From the NCBI GenBank assembly GCA_045586785.1, contig JAZNBA010000085.1, forward strand, positions 18,022-82,021: a DNA stretch of 64,000 nucleotides, written 5' to 3'. The number at the start of each line of letters is the position of its first letter. Position 1 is the first letter of the stretch. The stretch comes from Eubacteriales bacterium (lineage in GTDB: Bacteria; Bacillota; Clostridia; Oscillospirales; CAG-272). A model generated the notes under the pieces. That model did not search any database, was not told the DNA's origin, and was given only the letters and a program-made list of their open reading frames with translations. This document shows, piece after piece, positions 58,663 to 64,000 of this stretch. Position numbers and translations under genes: made by a program.

Positions 58663-58852
58663 TTTATCAACCTCTTACTGGATTGTTATTTATAATAATT
58701 ATACATCAAATTTATTAACAAATTGTAAACAAATGCGTATTTGAGCGGAGTTTGTTGATATGATATATATTAGAAATATTTTGTTGGTCAAAATGCACAA
58801 ATTGTACGCTTTAAAAATGATATTTTTTTACATACAAAAGGCGAAAAAGGTA

Positions 58853-58881
58853 TTGATTTTTTGGAAATGATGTGATATAAT
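58853..58881 (+). promoter_or_regulatory. Strong sigma-A promoter upstream of the rpsJ leader
   Basis: TTGATT (58853-58858), then 17 nt, then TGaTATAAT (-10 at 58876-58881). Confidence 0.6.
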
Positions 58882-58887
58882 TGACTC

Positions 58888-59077
58888 TGCTTGATATGCG
58901 ATGAAACGGAAGGTTGCTGCTAAGGCAGGTAATTTCCGTGGAGTATGTCCGAAAATCGGGCGGCAATAATTCTATTAGCGCTGAAACAGTTAACCCGCTG
59001 TTGCAGGTTGTCGGTGCTTTGCTCATCCCCCGAATGTCGTTGCGCAATGCTGAGCGGTTACGACTTCGGTTTTTTAT
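58888..59077 (+). ncRNA. Candidate structured RNA: 5' leader/attenuator of the S10 operon, or a stand-alone sRNA of about 190 nt
   Basis: Bounded by the promoter above and an intrinsic terminator. Contains hairpins at 58906-58939 and 58946-62, and alternative pairings at 58977-59002. No family assigned. Confidence 0.4.
59030..59075 (+). terminator. Intrinsic terminator/attenuator inside the rpsJ upstream region
   Basis: CCGAATGTCGT (59030-59040) pairs with ACGACTTCGG (59060-59069) with a one-nt bulge, followed by TTTTTT (59070-59075). Confidence 0.6.
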
Positions 59078-59210
59078 AGGGAACACAAAGAAACACACGG
59101 CGACGTGTTGGTAGGATTTGCGCCACTTCGCAAGAAGATCGCCGTCGAGATGCTTCCATATTAATTATATGGGCATCAAAACGCGCGAAATTAAAGAAGG
59201 AGGCACAAAA

Positions 59211-59522
59211 ATGGCAGTAAATGAAAAAATCAGAATCCGTCTCAAGAGCTACGATCACACATTGATCGACACTGCAGCTCAAAAGATCGTTGAGATCGCG
59301 AAGAGACAGGGTGCCACTGTTTCCGGTCCTATACCGCTTCCGACTGAGAAGGAGATCATTACAATTCTCCGCGCAGTCCACAAGTACAAGGATAGCCGCG
59401 AACAGTTTGAGTATCGCACCCACAAGAGACTGATCGACATTATCAGACCCAGCAAGAAATTGGTTGAGGATCTGATGAATGTTGAACTTCCTGCAGGCGT
59501 AGAGATTGAGATCAAATTATAA
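59211..59522 (+). CDS. rpsJ: 30S ribosomal protein S10
   Basis: 103 aa. [12 protein letters not shown].....[26 protein letters not shown]. Start at ATG 59211. Confidence 0.97.
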   Translation: MAVNEKIRIRLKSYDHTLIDTAAQKIVEIAKRQGATVSGPIPLPTEKEIITILRAVHKYKDSREQFEYRTHKRLIDIIRPSKKLVEDLMNVELPAGVEIEIKL

Positions 59523-59652
59523 TATCAAGCGTTCGCAATCAAAGCACTGCAAAATTCACCCAATTGCCGCGAGGCGGCGTTGTCGGTCATGTTGGCGCAA
59601 CCCGAAAGGGAAATCCCAAAACGTCAACCAATAACCTACAGGAGAAGAAAAA

Positions 59653-60282
59653 ATGAAAAAAGCAATCATCGGCAAGAAGCTGGGTATGACACAGATCTTT
59701 GATGAAAAAGGCAATGTCATCCCGGTAACTGTCATCGAAGCGGGTCCGTGTGTAGTTGCACAGAAAAAGACCACTGACAAAGATGGTTATGACGCGCTTC
59801 AGCTCGGCTATATGGATGTTAAAGAAAAGCATCTCAATAAGCCCGAGATCGGTCATTTTGCTGCAGCAGGCGTTGCTGCAAAGAAGCATCTGAAGGAGTT
59901 CCGTCTTGAGGACTGCTCCGCGTATAACGTTGGCGATACAATATCTGCCGATACCTTCGCCGCAGGCGACAAGGTCGACGTTACCGGTATTACTAAAGGC
60001 CACGGTTATACAGGCGCTATCAAGCGTTGGAACCTCCACAAGCTCAGAATGACACACGGTGTTGGCCCTGTGCACCGTCAGTCCGGTTCCATGGGTGTTA
60101 TCGACCCTGCCAGAATCTTCAAGAACAAGAAGATGGCCGGTCAGTACGGTAACGAGCAGGTCACAATACTGAATCTTAAAGTTGTTAAGGTCGACGCAGA
60201 GAACAATCTTATCGCCATCAAGGGTGCCATTCCCGGTGCTAAAGACGGTATAGTGTTCATTCGCGATTCGATCAAAGCATAA
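59653..60282 (+). CDS. rplC: 50S ribosomal protein L3
   Basis: 209 aa. [10 protein letters not shown] and the FxxGxxVDVTGxTKGxGFxG pattern. Confidence 0.97.
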   Translation: MKKAIIGKKLGMTQIFDEKGNVIPVTVIEAGPCVVAQKKTTDKDGYDALQLGYMDVKEKHLNKPEIGHFAAAGVAAKKHLKEFRLEDCSAYNVGDTISADTFAAGDKVDVTGITKGHGYTGAIKRWNLHKLRMTHGVGPVHRQSGSMGVIDPARIFKNKKMAGQYGNEQVTILNLKVVKVDAENNLIAIKGAIPGAKDGIVFIRDSIKA

Positions 60283-60301
60283 GCGGTAAGGAGGAAGAAC
60301 A

Positions 60302-60925
60302 ATGCCAAACGTAAAAGTAATGGATATGGCCGGCAAAGAAGTCGGCGAAATCACGCTGTCCGATGTTATTTTCGGCGCAGAAGTGAACGAAGCAGTTCTC
60401 CATGCCGCAGTAAGAGCTTACCTTCTCAATCAGAGACAGGGAACTCAGTCCACACTCACTCGCGGTGAGGTATCCGGTGGTGGTAAGAAGCCCTGGAGAC
60501 AGAAGGGTACCGGCAGAGCACGTCAGGGTTCTACCCGTTCTCCTCAGTGGACACACGGTGGTATCGCTCTTGGTCCTAAGCCCAGAAGCTACCGCACCGG
60601 CATGAACAAGAAGACTAAGAGGGCGGCTCTTTACAGCGCTCTTTCGGCTAAGGTTGCTGCAGGCGATCTGATCGTTGTTGATGAGATCAAGTGCGAATCC
60701 TTTAGCACTAAGACCATGGTTGCAATGCTGAATGCTCTTGGAGCGGACAGAAAGGCTCTCGTGGTTCTCCCCGAGGTTGATCGTTTCGTGGTTAAGAGCT
60801 GCGCAAACATCCCCGGAATTCAGACCGCTCTTTATAATACGATCAACGTATACGACATTCTCAATGCCGACAAGTTCATCGTATCCAAGGCTGCGGTTGC
60901 AATGCTTGAGGAGGTATATGCGTAA
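60302..60925 (+). CDS. rplD: 50S ribosomal protein L4
   Basis: 207 aa. RQGT..T.TRGEVSGGGKKPWRQKGTGRARQGS.RSPQW.HGG. Confidence 0.97.
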   Translation: MPNVKVMDMAGKEVGEITLSDVIFGAEVNEAVLHAAVRAYLLNQRQGTQSTLTRGEVSGGGKKPWRQKGTGRARQGSTRSPQWTHGGIALGPKPRSYRTGMNKKTKRAALYSALSAKVAAGDLIVVDEIKCESFSTKTMVAMLNALGADRKALVVLPEVDRFVVKSCANIPGIQTALYNTINVYDILNADKFIVSKAAVAMLEEVYA

Positions 60926-61347
60926 TGAGTAGATTGGCACAGGACATTATCATTGCTCCCGTCATTTCCGAAGAGAGCTTCGCCCTTATGTCCGGCGAGA
61001 AAAACAAGGTACGCAAGGACCCCAAAGAGGTAATGAAGTCCGAAAGATATAAGAACAAGGTTGCTAAGGCTGAAAAGACCGGCAAGACCGTTCGCGAGCC
61101 CCTTGCACCTGCTCCTATCTGCAAGAAGTATGTTTTCCGTGTCGACAAGAAGGCTACAAAGCCCGAGATCGCACATGCAGTTGAGGAATTGTTCGGCGTT
61201 CAGGTTAAGGACGTAAACGTTATCAACATGAAGAGAAAACCCAAGAAGTTGGGTGTTCACGAGGGTTACACTTCCGCTTGGAAAAAGGCCATCGTTACAC
61301 TTAAACCCGATTCGAAGACCATTGAGTTCTTCGAGGGTATGAACTGA
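60925..61347 (+). CDS. rplW: 50S ribosomal protein L23, carrying a Lys-rich internal insertion of about 41 aa
   Basis: The ends align with L23 (DIIIAPVISE.S...; KKYVFRVDKKATKPEI..AVEELFGV.V..VN......K.K......G....WKKAIVTL). Total length is 140 aa versus about 95-100 aa normally. Confidence 0.9.
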   Translation: MSRLAQDIIIAPVISEESFALMSGEKNKVRKDPKEVMKSERYKNKVAKAEKTGKTVREPLAPAPICKKYVFRVDKKATKPEIAHAVEELFGVQVKDVNVINMKRKPKKLGVHEGYTSAWKKAIVTLKPDSKTIEFFEGMN

Positions 61348-61367
61348 TAGCGGGAGGTTGAAGCAAA

Positions 61368-62198
61368 ATGCCTACAATTAAGTATAAGCCGACTACCCCG
61401 GCAAGAAGAAATATGACTGTTCCGACCTTTGAGGAAATTACAAAGTATGCTCCTGAAAAGTCTCTGACAGTTATCAAGAAAAAGAATGCTGGTCGTAACA
61501 GCTACGGTCGCATTACCGTTCGTCACAGAGGCGGCGGAAACAAGGTTAAGTACAGAATCATCGATTTCAAGCGTCAGAATACTTCTCCTGCAACTGTAAT
61601 CGGTATTGAGTACGACCCTAACCGTTCTGCTTACATCGCACTGCTTGAGAATGAGGCAGGCGACAGAAGCTACATCATCGCTCCTCTTGGACTTACCGAT
61701 GGCGATAAGGTTTACTCCGGCGCAGATGCTGATATCAAGCCCGGTAACACACTGCCCATCGCTAACATCCCGGTTGGTACTATGATACACAACATTGAGC
61801 TTTACCCCGGTAAGGGTGCTCAGCTTGCTCGTTCTGCCGGCGTTTTCGCACAGCTTATCGCTAAGGAAAACGGCAGTGCACAGGTAAGACTTCCTTCCGG
61901 TGAGGTTAGAATTGTTCGTCTTGACTGCAAGGCAACTATCGGTCAGGTTGGCAATATCGAGCACGATACCGTTAAGGTAGGTAAGGCCGGTAAGACCCGT
62001 CATAAGGGCATCCGCCCGACGGTTCGCGGTTCTGTTATGAACCCCTGTGATCACCCTCACGGTGGTGGTGAAGGTAAGTCTCCGATCGGTCATCCCGGTC
62101 CGCTTACTCCTTGGGGCAAGCCTGCTCTTGGTTATAAGACCAGAAATAAGAAGGCTAGAACCGATAAATTCATTGTGAAACGCAGAAACGCTAAATAA
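61368..62198 (+). CDS. rplB: 50S ribosomal protein L2
   Basis: 276 aa. GRNS.GRIT.RH.GGG.K and [12 protein letters not shown] motifs. Confidence 0.97.
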   Translation: MPTIKYKPTTPARRNMTVPTFEEITKYAPEKSLTVIKKKNAGRNSYGRITVRHRGGGNKVKYRIIDFKRQNTSPATVIGIEYDPNRSAYIALLENEAGDRSYIIAPLGLTDGDKVYSGADADIKPGNTLPIANIPVGTMIHNIELYPGKGAQLARSAGVFAQLIAKENGSAQVRLPSGEVRIVRLDCKATIGQVGNIEHDTVKVGKAGKTRHKGIRPTVRGSVMNPCDHPHGGGEGKSPIGHPGPLTPWGKPALGYKTRNKKARTDKFIVKRRNAK

Positions 62199-62212
62199 GG
62201 AGGGAATATAGA

Positions 62213-62494
62213 ATGAGCAGAAGTTTGAAAAAGGCGCCGTTCGTGGAAGCTAAGCTCTACGCTCGTATCTGCGCTATGAACGAGAAAAACGAGAAGAAAG
62301 TTCTCAAGACCTGGTCCCGCGCATCTACCATATTCCCTGAATTCGTTGGTCATACGATCGCAGTTCACGATGGTAAAAAGCACGTTCCGGTATATGTGAC
62401 TGAAGATATGGTTGGTCACAAGCTCGGCGAATTCGCTCCCACACGTACCTTTAAGGGTCATGCGGGTTCCAAGACATCCAACAACGGTAAATAA
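62213..62494 (+). CDS. rpsS: 30S ribosomal protein S19
   Basis: 93 aa. SRSLKK.PFV and [32 protein letters not shown]. Confidence 0.97.
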   Translation: MSRSLKKAPFVEAKLYARICAMNEKNEKKVLKTWSRASTIFPEFVGHTIAVHDGKKHVPVYVTEDMVGHKLGEFAPTRTFKGHAGSKTSNNGK

Positions 62495-62517
62495 TGCAAA
62501 GGGAGGAAAACATCAAA

Positions 62518-62859
62518 ATGGAAGCAAAAGCATATTTGCGTGATGCAAGACTTTCCCCGCGCAAGGTTAAATTCGTTCTCGACCTCATCAGAGGCAAGGA
62601 TGCCGGTACCGCTATGGCGATCCTCAAGAATCTCAATAAGGGATCTGCTCCGTACCTGGTTAAACTGCTGGGAAGCGCAATTGCAAACGCTGAACACAAT
62701 TTCCAAATGGACACATCTAAGCTTTATATCTCCGAGTGCTTCGTCTGCCAGGGACATATGAAGTACAATAAGCGCAGTAACCCCAGAGCAAAGGGTAGCG
62801 CAGACAGAATTCTCAGAAGAACCTGTCATGTGACAATCGCTGTCAAAGAAAGAGCATAA
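62518..62859 (+). CDS. rplV: 50S ribosomal protein L22
   Basis: 113 aa. MEAKAYLR..R.SPRK...V.DLIRGK....A..IL. Start at ATG 62518 after AGGGAGG. Confidence 0.95.
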   Translation: MEAKAYLRDARLSPRKVKFVLDLIRGKDAGTAMAILKNLNKGSAPYLVKLLGSAIANAEHNFQMDTSKLYISECFVCQGHMKYNKRSNPRAKGSADRILRRTCHVTIAVKERA

Positions 62860-62873
62860 GGAGGGTAAGCTGA

Positions 62874-63653
62874 ATGGGACAGAAAGTTAATCCCCACGGT
62901 CTTCGTGTGGGCGTAATCAAGAACTGGGATTCAAGATGGTATGTCAAGGATGAAGAATTCGGTGACACCCTTGTTTCCGACTATAACGTCAGAAAATTCC
63001 TCAAGGAAACTTTTAAGAACGCAGGCGTTCCTAAAATCGAGATCGAGCGTACAGCTAAGAACGTAAAGATCGCGGTTCACTGCGCTAAGCCCGGTATGCT
63101 TATCGGTCACGGCGGAGCTGAAAAGGAAAAGTACAAGGCTATTCTTGAGGATATGCTGAAAAAGCCTGTCAGACTTGACATCGTCGAAGTAAGACAGCCT
63201 GATCTCAATGCACAGCTTGTAGCAGAGAACATTGCTTCTCAGCTCGAGAGACGTATCTCTTTCCGCCGTGCAATGAAGATGGCAATACGCAACACAATGC
63301 GTCTCGGCGCAAAGGGTATCAAGATATCTTGCAGTGGTAGACTTGGCGGCGCAGAAATTGCACGTGCTGAGCACTATCACGAAGGTACTATCCCGCTTCA
63401 GACGCTCAGAGCTGATATCGATTACGGTTTTTGGGAAGCAAACACCACTTACGGTAAGATCGGTATCAAGGTTTGGATTTACAGAGGCGAAGTTCTCAAC
63501 GATGTAAACAGACAGGGTTATAACCCTCGCGACAACCGCGACCGCAGAGACCGCAGAGATAATCGCGACCGTAGAGGTCACGGTGATCGCAGACCTTCTC
63601 GCGATGGCGCATCTCGCGCAGACAGAACTCCTAGAGAAGGAGGCAAGAAATAA
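62874..63653 (+). CDS. rpsC: 30S ribosomal protein S3 with an Arg/Asp-rich C-terminal tail
   Basis: [13 protein letters not shown], the KH domain and [10 protein letters not shown]. 259 aa, including a tail of about 45 aa. Confidence 0.96.
   Translation: MGQKVNPHGLRVGVIKNWDSRWYVKDEEFGDTLVSDYNVRKFLKETFKNAGVPKIEIERTAKNVKIAVHCAKPGMLIGHGGAEKEKYKAILEDMLKKPVRLDIVEVRQPDLNAQLVAENIASQLERRISFRRAMKMAIRNTMRLGAKGIKISCSGRLGGAEIARAEHYHEGTIPLQTLRADIDYGFWEANTTYGKIGIKVWIYRGEVLNDVNRQGYNPRDNRDRRDRRDNRDRRGHGDRRPSRDGASRADRTPREGGKK
63522..63600 (+). repeat. Imperfect tandem CGCGAC/CGCAGA units encoding the (R/D)-rich S3 tail
   Basis: The sequence cgcgacaaccgcgaccgcagagaccgcagagataatcgcgaccgtaga encodes [16 protein letters not shown]. 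Confidence 0.6.
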
Positions 63654-63654
63654 A

Positions 63655-64000
63655 ATGTTAATGCCTAAGAGAGTTAAGTTCCGTCGCGTACAGCGCGGTA
63701 GACTTAAGGGTAAGGCAATGCGCGGCAACACAATCAGCAACGGCCAGTACGGTCTCGTAGCTCTTGAGCCCGCATGGATTACCAGCAATCAGATAGAAGC
63801 AGCACGTATTGCTATGACACGTTACATCAAGCGTGGTGGTAAGGTTTGGATCAAGGTTTTCCCTGACAAGCCTATCACAGAGAAGCCGGCTGAAACTCGA
63901 ATGGGTTCCGGTAAAGGTTCTCCTGAGTATTGGGTAGCAGTTGTTAAGCCCGGCAGAGTGCTGTTCGAAATGGATGGCGTAGATGAAGTTGTAGCTCGCG
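63655..64000 (+). CDS. rplP: 50S ribosomal protein L16, 5' part (continues beyond the window)
   Basis: [23 protein letters not shown]....[35 protein letters not shown]. Confidence 0.95.
   Translation, partial: MLMPKRVKFRRVQRGRLKGKAMRGNTISNGQYGLVALEPAWITSNQIEAARIAMTRYIKRGGKVWIKVFPDKPITEKPAETRMGSGKGSPEYWVAVVKPGRVLFEMDGVDEVVAR

Noticed and set aside
58906-58939. Resemblance of CGGAAGG....AAGGCAG to the SRP (4.5S/scRNA) domain IV sequence CCGGAAGGAAGCAGCCAAGGCAG.
   Set aside because: The flanking conserved GUCAGGUCC segment is absent. The local fold is a simple closed hairpin rather than the SRP helix 8 internal loops. The resemblance is probably coincidental.
58901-58969. 22-codon ORF (MKRKVAAKAGNFRGVCPKIGRQ) inside the rpsJ leader, as a possible leader peptide.
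   Set aside because: There is no Shine-Dalgarno sequence upstream, no run of regulatory codons, and it overlaps strong hairpins. There is no evidence that it is translated.
59015-59025. boxA-like element (TGCTTTGCTCA) just upstream of the leader terminator, which would suggest NusB-S10 autoregulation.
   Set aside because: It is only a loose match to boxA consensus sequences (TGCTCTTTAACA, or TGTTCTTTGAAA in Firmicutes) and needs an indel. This is too weak to claim without comparative data.
59587-63788. Several long minus-strand ORFs (59587-60354, 60272-60940, 60832-61260, 61266-62093, 62931-63788).
   Set aside because: All are antisense to the ribosomal protein genes rplC, rplD, rplW, rplB and rpsC. 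Stop-poor antisense frames are typical of such genes, and these ORFs have no SDs or recognisable motifs.
1-64000. Search by eye for tRNA/rRNA genes, CRISPR repeats, transposase/integrase genes, prophage modules, toxin-antitoxin pairs and retron-like or DGR-like elements.
   Set aside because: None were found. Intergenic regions are short and are explained by promoters and terminators. No regularly spaced direct repeats are present and no recombinase-like ORFs. A covariance-model scan would still be needed to exclude small RNAs.

Overview
The window is a core chromosomal region of a low-GC (by eye about 40%), endospore-forming Firmicute of the class Clostridia. Gene content looks Oscillospiraceae/Ruminococcaceae-like, but I cannot assign a species from sequence alone. 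About 66 protein genes are supported.

Gene content, in order:
- relA (3' end), dtd, hemZ, a udk-like kinase and mtaD.
- The Bacillus-like sporulation/division block yabM(spoVB-like)-mazG-hup-yabO-yabP-yabQ-divIC.
- A minus-strand block: AI-2E permease, htpG, PDT-like protein, TSCPD protein, phosphoglucomutase.
- ispE, an Eis-like GNAT, an AT-rich orphan lipoprotein, plsY, a methyltransferase, asd, rsmI, an amidase, udp and an aldose epimerase.
- spoVAD-spoVAEB, an intact sigK, PPi-type PFK, a spoVAF-like gene, UDG4, mecA, an XPD/DinG-like helicase, an aminotransferase and a TIGR01212 radical SAM protein.
- A dcw cluster: mraZ-rsmH-ftsL-PBP-murE-murF-mraY-ftsW-murG-ftsQ, then a gap, then ftsZ. 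murD and ftsA are absent from it.
- A three-gene operon: nucleoside hydrolase, HexD-like GH20, and a 1130-aa LTD-PHP-LTD protein.
- rplJ-rplL with an L10 leader, a membrane-protein + HTH regulator pair, and the start of the S10 operon (rpsJ to rplP).

I found no rRNA, tRNA, CRISPR array, transposase, integrase or prophage.

I cannot defend a complete new multi-gene system. The best leads are:
- A roughly 320-nt structured leader with a strong promoter and an intrinsic terminator ahead of rpsJ.
- The signal-peptide-less LTD-PHP-LTD giant and its operon.
- The 8-TM protein + HTH-WCX regulator pair at a ribosomal-operon synteny break.
- A 41-aa insertion in ribosomal protein L23.
- An SD-sequestering hairpin before yabP.

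All functional calls rest on my reading of the translated motifs and on gene order. No database search was run.
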